Of a stretch of DNA of 64,000 nt, positions 19,327-29,152 are shown piece after piece. Position 1 is the first letter of the stretch. The number at the start of each line of letters is the position of its first letter. The position numbers and the translations under genes were made by a program. The notes under the pieces are model-generated. The model had not been told where the DNA came from and ran no database searches. It saw only the letters and a list, made by a program, of their open reading frames with translations. Origin of the DNA: an uncultured delta proteobacterium (lineage in GTDB: Bacteria; Desulfobacterota; Syntrophia; Syntrophales; Smithellaceae); contig CAWKNI010000008.1 in assembly GCA_963851005.1 (NCBI GenBank), positions 155,199 through 219,198 on the forward strand, read 5' to 3'.

Positions 19327-20505
19327 TCAACCGACGCTGCAGACATCAACCACAAGCTCGTCAATATTTATATCAAGGCTTTCCAGGAAAATCTCACTTA
19401 CGTCCTTAACTTTAATTTTATCATCGGCATTAAGTGTTCTAATACTGTCTTCAAACATTGTTATACAATATGGACAAGACGTGGCCAGAACGGAAGCGCC
19501 GGTTGCCAATGCTTCTTCGATTCTCAGATCGCTTAAGCGCTCGCCTTTGAGTTTTTCCATCCAGAGTCCGCCGCCTCCGCCGCCACAGCACATGCTCTGC
19601 TCGCGATTTCTTCCCATTTCGACAAAATCAATGCCCGGAATAGATTTAAGAATATCGCGGGGGGCATCGTAAACGCCGCTGTGCCTGCCCAGATAACAGG
19701 GATCATGATAGGTGACTTTGACACCGCCAAAATCTTTCTTGGGTGTCAGTTTTCCTTCTTTTACCCATCCGGCAATGAGTTGACTCAAGTGCAGGACTTC
19801 ATAATCTTCGCCGTATTCTTTTTTAAAAGTGGCTAAACAATGAGGCGATACCGTTATTACTTTGCCAACACTGTTAGCTTTGAAATAATTCAAATTATTC
19901 TGTTTAAGCCGCTCGAAAAGTTCCAGATCGCCCACCTTTCTCAAGCTCTCACCGCAGCAATTGACTTCCACTGAAGGAAGTCCCCAACTCAAGCCGGCTA
20001 GATTTAATATTTCAGCGGACGCTTTGGCCAATCTGATATTGCGGGGATCATAGCAGACCGTGCAGCATGTCCAAAATAGATATTCCTTATCATTGGCATA
20101 CAGGGGATATTTTTCTTTGACCCAATCGTTTCTTTTTGCCTGATCGCCCGACCAGGGGTTGCCGCGCGCCGACATAGAACCGACGAAGGCGCGCAAGCTC
20201 TGCGGAAGCATGCCTCCGCCGCTGTATACGTTGCGGATAGCGGTAACGACGTCTATCAGTTCAACACCACGGGGACAGCGATCCACGCAGAATTTACAAG
20301 TGGAACAGCCCCACATAAAATCTTCAATACCGTCCAGGCCGAGTTGTCCGTAACGCACCAGTTTGCGGATATTAAAATGGGTAATAGACGTCCATGGACA
20401 AGTGCCCGTGCATGTTCCGCACTGATAGCATTTTTTCAGCGCTTCACCGCCCGCATCCACGATAGCCTGCGACATCTCCAGATAGGGTGTGACTGTTTGT
20501 GACAT
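19327..20505 (-). CDS. HdrD-like fused HdrC/HdrB protein (2x[4Fe-4S] + two CCG domains)
   Basis: Start taken as ATG 20505 (GGGAG RBS), because the track start 20571 reads through repeat C2. Motifs CYQCGTCTGTCPW, CSTCKFCVDRCP, then NCCGESL...SPHC and SMCCGGGGG...SCPYC. Confidence 0.8.
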   Translation of the reverse strand: MSQTVTPYLEMSQAIVDAGGEALKKCYQCGTCTGTCPWTSITHFNIRKLVRYGQLGLDGIEDFMWGCSTCKFCVDRCPRGVELIDVVTAIRNVYSGGGMLPQSLRAFVGSMSARGNPWSGDQAKRNDWVKEKYPLYANDKEYLFWTCCTVCYDPRNIRLAKASAEILNLAGLSWGLPSVEVNCCGESLRKVGDLELFERLKQNNLNYFKANSVGKVITVSPHCLATFKKEYGEDYEVLHLSQLIAGWVKEGKLTPKKDFGGVKVTYHDPCYLGRHSGVYDAPRDILKSIPGIDFVEMGRNREQSMCCGGGGGGLWMEKLKGERLSDLRIEEALATGASVLATSCPYCITMFEDSIRTLNADDKIKVKDVSEIFLESLDINIDELVVDVCSVG

Positions 20506-20520
20506 CAAAATCTCCCGTTG

Positions 20521-20646
20521 GACGACCTTGTAAAAAGCCCACATACTGCGTTGCGCTTCATCATTCGTCACTGCGACCTACACAAAAGTAGGCCTCGTTC
20601 CTCATGATTCGCGCGCCTTGTCTTTGGAACTTTTTACAAGGTCGTC
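20521..20646. repeat. C-type long-hairpin repeat, copy C2
   Basis: 17-bp perfect terminal inverted repeat gacgaccttgtaaaaag / ctttttacaaggtcgtc; interior resembles C1 (aaggcgcgc..., gaagcgcaacgcag). Confidence 0.8.
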
Positions 20647-20806
20647 TTTGGCATTTATTTGACTTATAAATGTTCCATTGAACTTTATAGAACATATAAG
20701 AGTTTATGCCATGTTATTTAATGCGCATTTTACTAACATATCAGCGTGGAAATCGCAAATTCAAATTACCGCCACGCGCAAACCTTCATTTCATTGTTTT
20801 GTAAAG

Positions 20807-22082
20807 TTATAAACAGGAGCTCTCGCATAAATATTTCAATTGCCGATAAATCACTTCCATTGCAAGAATATCGTCCCTGTTGTATGCGATGATTTTCTTC
20901 TTCAACATTTCATCTTTTGTTTTGAGCCATTTGCCATACCATGCTTCGCAATTCATGCCTCCGGCATCTTCGGCTTGCCAATGGAAACCTAGAACCGGAG
21001 CCACCTCCTTGATGCTATAGCTTCTTGTCGGAAAAGCGAAGTGGGTGCTCGTCCAATTACACTGGTCTGTTAGTCCGGTCATTAAAACATTGTAGGCTTT
21101 TTCGTTTCCGCCGAATCTTTCCAAACATTCCCTAGCCCGCGCTTGTTCAAAAAATGTCCAGCAGTAAATAACCGGTCCCTTATCATGGGCGATGAAATCC
21201 AAAAACTCATGCCATACCATTTCGGCACCCTCTAGTGAATCGGCAAAGAAAAACTTTTCTTCCCGCTTATCTTCAAATAACCGAATAAGTCCATGAAGAA
21301 AAACAGTGTTCCCGTAGGTTTCCACATCATAGAAGATGATGGGGACATTTTCAGAGAATTTTGGCTTTTTGATAACGATGGGTTTGCCTTGAACTCTGGC
21401 TTGAGCATGACGCCACAGCTTATCGGTGGATTTTTCAGACATATTTGCCATAGCAGCGATGCGTTTCGGATCGGATTGAGCCAAAGCGGTTATTGTTTTT
21501 ATCCCAATAGCTTGAAGTTTTTGCGTCGAGCTCTTGCCGCCACCAGGAAGTAAAGAAATACTCCCTTTCTTGTTCCAAGTATCTTTGCAGAAATCCAACC
21601 ACTGGCATAAAGAGCACGCACTGCACCAAATAGGGGCGGTCTCCAGTTGTTTGGAACGAATCTGTTCCATCTGGATTTTAACGAGTTCGAAAGCTGGAAG
21701 ATGGTCGGCAATTTCAAACTCTTCGATTTCATTTGTATTCAGCCATACCCCTCCATTAGTACATGGTTTACCAATGACTTCTCCCAGCATGATGCTGTAT
21801 GCCACAACCTGAAGGATGTCCTTTTTCTGAACCTGTTTGTGAGCCTTGATCTCAATGGGAATGTAAGAATAGAGTCCGAATTTAGATCGTTCAGACACCT
21901 TTTTCAGAAGGTCGGGAATACCAACCAGTTTTACATCCATCAGTACGCCGCCATGAATCCACGGGACACCTTTTTCCATGAGTTTTACAGTGATTAAATA
22001 ACCATTTTTCAGATCCTTTTGATCCCATACGGGTTCTTCGACCCCTTTCAAGGTTGCGACCACCTGTCGCTCGAATTCCAGT
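20807..22082 (-). pseudogene. 5'-truncated RecB-like nuclease of the TM0106 type (PD-(D/E)xK + Cas4-like Cys cluster + RNase H-like exonuclease domain)
   Basis: GIPDLL...YIPIEIKAHK nuclease motifs, CSACSLCQWLDFC, then IIFYDVETYG exonuclease-like domain. The apparent start (GTG 22108) and first 9 codons are IS3 terminal sequence. No N-terminus is found beyond the IS. Confidence 0.7.
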
Positions 22083-22107
22083 GGGACTACCCCCAGCAAT
22101 ATTGCCA

Positions 22108-22971
22108 CTATGAATTAGAGTTTTCCAGCAAAATATCTTCTTTTTGTGCAAATTCCTTCGGCGTGAGAAAATCCAGCGTGCTGTGAGGCCGGTTTTCATT
22201 GTAATCTATCCGCCAGTCTTCAATTACTTTTCTTGCATGTTCAATGCTTCTAAACCAGTTTACGTTCAGACACTCTTCTCTGAACCTCGCATTAAAACTT
22301 TCCATAAATGCATTATCAACCGGTTTCCCAGGTCTGATAAAGTGCAGTTTCACTTTCTGACGGTAGGCCCACTCATCCATTGCGTTGCTGATAAACTCGG
22401 GACCATTATCTACTATAATATTCTCCGGCAGCCCATGCATCAATGATGCTTCGCTCAACAATGAAGTCACTCGCCTGCCTCCTATGGATCGGTCCACCTC
22501 TATTCTGTGGCATTCCTTTGTAAAAGTATCAATGATCGGCAGTATTCTTATTTTCATCCCGCTGCCCAGTGAATCATGCAGGAAATCCAGTCCCCATAAC
22601 TCATTCCGCTTCTTAGCTCTTGGTATCGCTACCCTTGCATATGATGCTCTCTTCTTCCGCCTGCGTATGGTTAATGACAACCTTTCTTCTTTGTAAATCC
22701 GCTCTGTACGTTTATGATTTATTACTAATCCTTCCCGTTTTGCTATGGCATGAAACATCTGGCAACCGGATCGTCGCCTCTGCTCAGCAAGTTCCCTTAA
22801 TCGCTTTCTCAACGCAGCGTCTTTGTCCGCTTTTGCCTCATACCGCAACGTGTCTCTGCTTAATCCTATCAACCTGCATGATCGCCTTATGCTCAACCCA
22901 AAGCTCTTTATTATAAATTCGACAGCTTCCCTACGAACTCTGGGCTTAAAACTTTTTTTCGATGACCGCCT
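22108..22971 (-). CDS. IS3-family transposase OrfB, copy 2
   Basis: Identical protein to 4166-4954. Confidence 0.85.
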   Translation of the reverse strand, partial: RRSSKKSFKPRVRREAVEFIIKSFGLSIRRSCRLIGLSRDTLRYEAKADKDAALRKRLRELAEQRRRSGCQMFHAIAKREGLVINHKRTERIYKEERLSLTIRRRKKRASYARVAIPRAKKRNELWGLDFLHDSLGSGMKIRILPIIDTFTKECHRIEVDRSIGGRRVTSLLSEASLMHGLPENIIVDNGPEFISNAMDEWAYRQKVKLHFIRPGKPVDNAFMESFNARFREECLNVNWFRSIEHARKVIEDWRIDYNENRPHSTLDFLTPKEFAQKEDILLENSNS

Positions 22972-23209
22972 TTAATGCCTGATTATCTAAAGTCAGATCG
23001 GCAACAATATGTTTTAGCCGCCGGTTCTCTTCTTCAAGTGCCCTCAACTTCCTGGCATCGCTTACGGTCATTCCTCCATACTTGGCCTTCCAGTTGTAAT
23101 ATGTTGCGTCGCTGATTCCATGTTTGCGGCATACATCCATTACCTTCATCCCTGTTTCCGCTTCCTGCAAAATACCTATAATCTGCTCCTCCGTAAATCG
23201 CTTCTTCAT
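22946..23209 (-). CDS. IS3-family transposase OrfA, copy 2
   Basis: Identical protein to 5004-5267. Confidence 0.9.
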   Translation of the reverse strand: MKKRFTEEQIIGILQEAETGMKVMDVCRKHGISDATYYNWKAKYGGMTVSDARKLRALEEENRRLKHIVADLTLDNQALKAVIEKKF

Positions 23210-23316
23210 CTGTGCCTCCTTTAAAGTGTTTTTTTATTCTACACTCTAATTACTTCTGGCACAACTTGCAGGGGGAATTCCCAGTCCATCAACGCTATAG
23301 TATTCAAATTTTAAAA

Positions 23317-24309
23317 TTATTTTATTTCCTTAATAGCACTTTCTAATAAAGATATAAGCCTATTTACGTCATCTTTATTTTTAATAGATCTATCGAATTG
23401 TTTTATCTTAGTTAGGGTTTGTTGCGAAATATTTAATTGTTCCCAACCCTCTAGCCCAAAGGCAACTCCTGCTTTTTCTGGATAAATTCCAACTAGTCCA
23501 ATTATCTTAGACCTAGGTTTACTTGATAATAAATATTCCAACCCAATTTCTTTACTTCGATAGCGAATCCTAAAGTTTTTATTTTCACGTGCTATTCTCT
23601 TAAGTTCATCTTTCCCAAAGCATAAACTTTCATAAATCTCATTTGGGTGTTTTTGAGCATTTTTTATAAAATCAGCTTCGGTGATTTTGAATGATTTGAT
23701 AGTTGATTTGAAATTTTGACATTAAGCAATAAATTGTTTCTTTGCATTTTCTAATGAATCTGAGGTTTGTAATTGTTTAGCTATTTTTTCGTATAATTTT
23801 ATTGAACCATTTAATAATTTATCTTTAGATATTAACTTTTCAAGTTCTTTTAAATATTTTTTACCATCTTTCCCAATCAAATCATTAAAACTATAATCCC
23901 AAAGAGGTGTTGTCTCTTCAAGGTTATATGGATTGATCAAGCTAGAATATAAAGATGTATGCTGGCCCGATGAAATAAGAATTAATGGAGTTTTTAGTTT
24001 TAAGGTATATTCCAGACATTGGTTGAGATAATGAGATAACTGTTGTTCCCATGCTTTTGTTTCTATAATTAAAATTGGAGTATTATTTTCATCTACTATT
24101 ACAATATCTGCTCCAATAAATTCAAAATCCATATCATTAATTACATCGTAACCTAAGAATTGGAGCAGTGGAATGACTATTTTTATTTTAACGTTTTCTT
24201 CAGAGCCCCTTCTCCCACTATTAATATTATCTGGTTTTATAGTTATAGATAATAATATTTTATTAAATTCCTCGTATTGCATAATATTAAACATATTTTC
24301 CCCTTCCAA
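23317..24309 (-). pseudogene. HsdR_N-like PD-(D/E)xK domain gene interrupted by one in-frame TAA (195-aa N-part + 134-codon C-part)
   Basis: N-part has IPLLQFLGYD...ADIVIVDENNTPILIIETKAW, as in type I restriction R-subunit N-terminal domains. The TAA at 23722-23724 is followed by 60 sense codons in the same frame that join ORF 23317-23541. The region is AT-rich. Confidence 0.6.
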
Positions 24310-24595
24310 ATCGTCGAAGGCAATAAAAATTGATATGATATTGCCTTTTCATGGATGAACTATAAGAAACTCAGTCTAGTATGTCAATAAATTCGTGGCC
24401 ATTGACTTTAGAAAACTTTTGTGGAGGGTATCCGCTTTAGGTCGATTGACTGACTGCCATAGTCGCCAATAGTTACAGATTTCTCGCTTATAAAAAAACT
24501 GGATTACCGGATCAAGTCCGGCAATGACAAAGAAAAAGTAGGATAATACATCATGCGGACTTAATTAAGAAGACAGCCTCTTAAAAAGCTCCAGA

Positions 24596-24652
24596 GGCAA
24601 GGCGCGCAAGGCCTGAAGAGTGAGGCGTACCTCTCGAAAACAAGATGATTTT
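24596..24652. repeat. C-type repeat fragment, copy C3
   Basis: caaggcgcgcaaggcctgaagagtgaggcgta matches the left half of C1. Confidence 0.55.
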
Positions 24653-24664
24653 AAAAGATGTAAA

Positions 24665-24788
24665 TACCATTTCGATTTCAAAGGATAACGCGGCGGTAAG
24701 GAGGAGGCTCCGCAGGCGTATTGCTAATACGTTGAGGAAGCCAACGACGCTGCCAACAAAGTTAGCCGAAGAAAGCGAATTGGTATTA
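24665..24788. repeat. B-type long-hairpin repeat (variant of A), copy B1
   Basis: taccatttcgatttcaaagg...ggctccgcaggcgtattgctaatacgttgaggaagccaacgacgctgccaacaaagttagcc...gcgaattggta; overlaps the stop codon of 24786-25625. Confidence 0.85.
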
Positions 24789-25625
24789 GTATTCCGGTGT
24801 CAACTTATCCAATTCCGCCAGAGAAAAGACGGGGCCGTCTTTGCACACGTATTTACTGCCTACATTGCAGCGTCCGCATTTGCCGATGCCGCATTTCATC
24901 CGCATTTCCAGAGAAGTGATAATATTTTCCTTGGAAAAACCCAAATCGAAAAATACCGGCAGGGTAAAACGGATCATTATGGGAGGCCCGCAGATCACAG
25001 CCACAGCGTTTTCCTTGCTGGGGGCGACTTCCTTGCATACGGCGGGCACAAAACCTTCTCTGCCTTTCCAAGTGGCATCACCCTTATCCACGGTTACATT
25101 CAAATTTAAATCGGTTCTCTTGCCCCATTCTATTAATTCATCCTTGTAAAGCAACAAGCCTGGATTTCGCGCGCCGTAAATAACGGTGATATTGCCGAAG
25201 CGTTTGCGGTTGTCGCCGTAAATCATATAATTTATCAGAGACCGCAGGGTCGTGAAAGCGAATCCGCCGCCTACAATAACGATATTCTTTCCCGCCAGAA
25301 ATTCCAGCGGCCAGGAATTGCCCAATGGACCACGGATACCCATTAGGGTGCCTTCTTCCATTTCATGAAGCGCTGAGGTTACCACGCCGGCTTTCTGTAC
25401 GGTAAATTCCACATAACCTTTCTGTGTCGGAGATGAGGCAATGCCGATGGGCGATTCGCCTTTGCCGTAAATGGAAAGTTCGCCGAACTGTCCGGGAATG
25501 TAGCTGTATTTTGCTTCGTCTTCCGGATGAACGAACTTAAAACGAAAAGTTTTGATGTCTTTGGTGTCGACCTCGGTAATGATTTTATCCACCACAACAG
25601 GATAAGGTATATACGGGTTTTGCAT
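24786..25625 (-). CDS. FlxA-like FAD/NAD(P)-binding [2Fe-2S] oxidoreductase, paralog 2
   Basis: 279 aa; long identical runs with 13696-14556 (GREGFVPAVCK, VAVICGPPIMI, LEMRMKCGIGKCGRCNVG). Confidence 0.8.
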   Translation of the reverse strand: MQNPYIPYPVVVDKIITEVDTKDIKTFRFKFVHPEDEAKYSYIPGQFGELSIYGKGESPIGIASSPTQKGYVEFTVQKAGVVTSALHEMEEGTLMGIRGPLGNSWPLEFLAGKNIVIVGGGFAFTTLRSLINYMIYGDNRKRFGNITVIYGARNPGLLLYKDELIEWGKRTDLNLNVTVDKGDATWKGREGFVPAVCKEVAPSKENAVAVICGPPIMIRFTLPVFFDLGFSKENIITSLEMRMKCGIGKCGRCNVGSKYVCKDGPVFSLAELDKLTPEY

Positions 25626-25639
25626 TACTGACTCCCTGA

Positions 25640-26662
25640 TTATAATTTTGAAATATCTTCAACTATTTTTCGAATGTCAATATTCACGGGACAAGACATG
25701 ACGCATCTGCCGCAACCGACACAGGCAATCGAGTTGAACATGTCCACATAATACTTGAACTTGTGCATTGTGCGCTGACGCCATCTTTCCTTTTGCGAAG
25801 AGCGCGGATTGTGACCGGATGTTTCCTTGGTAAATATCGGGAACATACAGGAATCCCACGATCGGATGCGCACACCGTCGCTGCCTTTCACTTCGTCACT
25901 GATATCGAAACAATGACAGGTGGGGCATAAATAGGTACAGGTGCCGCAAGCCAGACATTTGCCGTGAATCGTGTTCCAGAAGGGATTGTCGAAATTCTTA
26001 TCCAGAATCGGTTTGACTTCATGGGCGGGAATTTTCGACTTAATTGCCGCTTTGGCTTTGGCCGCTATTTCAGATTTCTTGGTATCGGCGGCGGCATCCG
26101 CTTTGGCATCGCCAAAATACTTGGTCAGTTTTTCTCCCTTGGAAGTAATAAACTCAGCCAGATAGTCTGAACCGATATCTGTCAGGAGAATGTCCGCGCC
26201 TTCGGAAGAAACAGGTTCCCCGTCAACCGATGTGCAAAAGCAACTCGTATAAGGAGGCTTAACGCAGGCCAGAGAAATAACCGTTGTTTTCTCTCTTTTG
26301 GCTATATAGTAACCGTCCTTGTATTTTTCCTGGTCAAAAAGCTTATCCAGCAGGGCAAAACTATGAGCGTCACAGGGACGCACACCGAACAATACCGATT
26401 CATCCGCTTTGTTTTCGTCCGCTGAAAAGACCATTCCCTTTTCCGTGCGGGTAAATTTCATCATAGCTTCCGTGTGCGGAAAGAAAACATTTTTCGGCGC
26501 GTTCTTCGAATTCAAATAAGCAAAGAACGGCTCGGCGCCTTTTTGCAGAGGTTCAAACAGAATATTATCTTCTTTTTTTACCGGCGCCCAAACGAGTAAA
26601 TCATCGGCCATTTTCTTGGCAATGCCCGCTAGTGCATCTTTTTTTATTAAACGTTTTTCCAT
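25640..26662 (-). CDS. FlxB-like 2x[4Fe-4S] protein, paralog 2
   Basis: 340 aa; CLACGTCTYLCPTCHCFD and CVGCGRCVMSCPVNI. Confidence 0.8.
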   Translation of the reverse strand: MEKRLIKKDALAGIAKKMADDLLVWAPVKKEDNILFEPLQKGAEPFFAYLNSKNAPKNVFFPHTEAMMKFTRTEKGMVFSADENKADESVLFGVRPCDAHSFALLDKLFDQEKYKDGYYIAKREKTTVISLACVKPPYTSCFCTSVDGEPVSSEGADILLTDIGSDYLAEFITSKGEKLTKYFGDAKADAAADTKKSEIAAKAKAAIKSKIPAHEVKPILDKNFDNPFWNTIHGKCLACGTCTYLCPTCHCFDISDEVKGSDGVRIRSWDSCMFPIFTKETSGHNPRSSQKERWRQRTMHKFKYYVDMFNSIACVGCGRCVMSCPVNIDIRKIVEDISKL

Positions 26663-26681
26663 AATTTTCCCTTACAATTTA

Positions 26682-27530
26682 TTAAATCAGCCCCAATTGT
26701 TTCAGCAGAGGCTGCGGATCAAACATGTGTGTTTTAAAGGTTTCTTTTGATCCAGGCAGACCCATTGCCAGAGCAATCAATTCCGTAAAATAAAAAATCG
26801 GCAGTTTTAATCCGCTGCTGGGACGCATATCCAGGTTGGCCATGCAAAGAGGACAGGCTGTTACGACACAGTTGGCTCCGGCCTCTTTGGCCGCATTCAT
26901 AAGTTTGTCGCACATCTCCACAACAATGGCGGTTTTGCTTATCGACAGAGAACCGCCGCAGCAATCTGTCTTGTACGACCAGTTTTTTACATCAGCGCCG
27001 ATCGAATTCAGAATTTTGTCCATCATAAAAGGATTTTCGTAATTTTCAAACTCGCAAATTTCCGGCGGTCTGAGCAACAGGCAGCCGTAGTAAGAAACCG
27101 GCTTCAACCCGGTCAGGGGCTTCACGATTTTTGCCGTCAGTGTGTCAATGCCAATATCATTAAAAATGACATCAATGGGATTGCGGATGGCGATGCCGCC
27201 CTGATATTTGGCTCCCACCACGCCTTCAATTTTTGTTTTTAATTCCTTATCGTCCTTTAAATGATATTCGGCCATTTTGAAACGGTTGAAACAGGCCGCG
27301 CAGGGAACCATCACATCCAGCGCGTTTTTTTCCGCGGCAATCAGGTTGCGCGCAGACAGGGCGATGGATAAATCAAAATTCGTGCTGTGCGCGGATGACG
27401 CTCCGCAGCAAGACCAATCTTCAACTTCTTTCAGTTCGATGCCCAGAGCGTGACTTACCGACTTCATGGACTGATCATATTCTTTTCCCGTCGCGTGCAG
27501 CGAGCAGCCCGGATAGTATGAAACTTTCAA
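26682..27530 (-). CDS. hdrB: Heterodisulfide reductase subunit B (two CCG domains)
   Basis: 282 aa; YYPGCSL...WSCCGAS...PCAACF and YYGCLL...DCCGGS...ACPLC. Confidence 0.85.
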   Translation of the reverse strand: MKVSYYPGCSLHATGKEYDQSMKSVSHALGIELKEVEDWSCCGASSAHSTNFDLSIALSARNLIAAEKNALDVMVPCAACFNRFKMAEYHLKDDKELKTKIEGVVGAKYQGGIAIRNPIDVIFNDIGIDTLTAKIVKPLTGLKPVSYYGCLLLRPPEICEFENYENPFMMDKILNSIGADVKNWSYKTDCCGGSLSISKTAIVVEMCDKLMNAAKEAGANCVVTACPLCMANLDMRPSSGLKLPIFYFTELIALAMGLPGSKETFKTHMFDPQPLLKQLGLI

Positions 27531-27551
27531 CTCTAGCCTCCTTAGCCTTCT

Positions 27552-28079
27552 TTATGAGTGCTTTGTTTTCTCAAAAATATTTTTTACCGACTTCATGTCC
27601 TTCGTCCGCGGAGACAGAAGCGACAGCTTTCCTTTCAGGAACATACCCGGGGCCAAGGCAACATCCGAGAACAGATCTCCCGATGTGAGTTTATACTGGG
27701 CCATCATCATGGGTTCATTGATACGGCCGCCACGCTTAATTCCGGCAAGGAATGCTTCATGAAATTTCAAAATATTCTTCTCCCGGGCGCCGACGCCGGA
27801 TTCAATGGCCATCTGCCTTAACGCATCCATCATGCGCGCGATGTCCACCTGATTCGGACAGCGGGTAATGCAGGTTTCGCAGGACAGGCAAATCCAGATG
27901 GTCGAACTGTTGAGAACCTTATCACGTTGACCGTTCTGTATCATTTTAATAACCTTGTTGGGGTTATATTCCATGTGGGAAGCCACGGGGCAACCGGCAG
28001 TGCATTTACGGCAATGATAGCATCTTTGCAGCGGCACACCGTCAATCTTTTTGTTTACTTCTTCCAGAAAAGTTTCCAT
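27552..28079 (-). CDS. hdrC: Heterodisulfide reductase subunit C
   Basis: 175 aa; CYHCRKCTAGCPV and CLSCETCITRCP ferredoxin motifs, located directly upstream of hdrB. Confidence 0.85.
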   Translation of the reverse strand: METFLEEVNKKIDGVPLQRCYHCRKCTAGCPVASHMEYNPNKVIKMIQNGQRDKVLNSSTIWICLSCETCITRCPNQVDIARMMDALRQMAIESGVGAREKNILKFHEAFLAGIKRGGRINEPMMMAQYKLTSGDLFSDVALAPGMFLKGKLSLLSPRTKDMKSVKNIFEKTKHS

Positions 28080-28103
28080 GTAAACTCCATTATTTCGAAC
28101 TAA

Positions 28104-29114
28104 TTATGGGTTGTAGATAAAGTCTCCTTTATCGTGATGTTCATTGTACTTGCCAAGCGGCGGCATATCTTCCATAGAAGAACCGGCGCGGTTGCCGAAA
28201 AACTCCCAGCAATCCTTGTCGATCTTCTTGAGGAACTTGCGTAAATCAACGCCCATCGGACAAACAGCGACACAAGAACCGCAATCAACGCAACGGCCAA
28301 CCATATGATAGAGACGCATCAGTTGAAATACCTGGGTATCGGACTTGTCCTCGCCGATACCCACCCACTGCGGCTGACTCTGTTCCACAAAACAGGTCGG
28401 ACAATAACAGGAAGGACAGGCCTGACGGCAAGCGTTGCAACGCATGCACTTTTCCATTTCCTTGATGAAATACGCCCAGCGTTCTTCAATCGGTTTGGCT
28501 TCGAATTCTTTTACTTCGTTATATTCCGCGTCGGGATTCATCGCCGGAGCGTTTTGTCCGATCATGACATCGGAAATTATGGGATTATTGAACCGGCAGG
28601 TGAGGCAACTGTCCGCCAGCGCATCTTTGAGAGCAACGGTTTTATCGCCATCGGATGTTTTCATCTTAATCTGGCCGCCGTCCAGCGACCCGTCCACGAC
28701 GTCCGCGCCGCCTATAGCCACTTTCAAACCTTTGCCGTCCACATAACCATCGCAGGGAACACCGATAATCACCAATTCATCCCGACCATATTGTCTTTCC
28801 TGCAGATGAATAATCAGCGAACGGGTTGTACAGCCTCGGGCGACAACACCGATAATTTTTTTCTTCCGGTCTTCCGGCTTGACCCGCTTTTGTGAATTTT
28901 TGTGCGCGGTGATCAAATCGTGAACATACTTGGCCAGATTCTGCGTGCAGAAATTATTCCAGACAAACTTGTCGGCTTCCTCGGGCGCCGTGATAAAGCA
29001 GGGCGTTGCCGTCAACGGTAGCGTGCCTTTTTCATAACCGACGATCACGTCGGCCTTCTTTTCCAAAAGCAGTCTTTTTGCTTCTTCCCGTAATTTTGTT
29101 TCAATGTTTTCCAC
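28104..29114 (-). CDS. FlxC-like 2x[4Fe-4S] protein, paralog 2 (longer)
   Basis: 336 aa; CMRCNACRQACPSCYCPTC and CVDCGSCVAVCPMG. Confidence 0.75.
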   Translation of the reverse strand: MENIETKLREEAKRLLLEKKADVIVGYEKGTLPLTATPCFITAPEEADKFVWNNFCTQNLAKYVHDLITAHKNSQKRVKPEDRKKKIIGVVARGCTTRSLIIHLQERQYGRDELVIIGVPCDGYVDGKGLKVAIGGADVVDGSLDGGQIKMKTSDGDKTVALKDALADSCLTCRFNNPIISDVMIGQNAPAMNPDAEYNEVKEFEAKPIEERWAYFIKEMEKCMRCNACRQACPSCYCPTCFVEQSQPQWVGIGEDKSDTQVFQLMRLYHMVGRCVDCGSCVAVCPMGVDLRKFLKKIDKDCWEFFGNRAGSSMEDMPPLGKYNEHHDKGDFIYNP

Positions 29115-29152
29115 AGTGATGATTCCCCGTTTTTTATTATCTTTAAATGATA

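Larger units (their letters stand above)
22083..23283 (-). mobile_element. IS3-family insertion sequence, copy 2 (1201 bp), no target duplication
   Basis: Identical to 4141-5341 except one synonymous base (23007 vs 5065 region). Flanks are AGT and GTC, so there is no 3-bp direct repeat. Confidence 0.9.
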
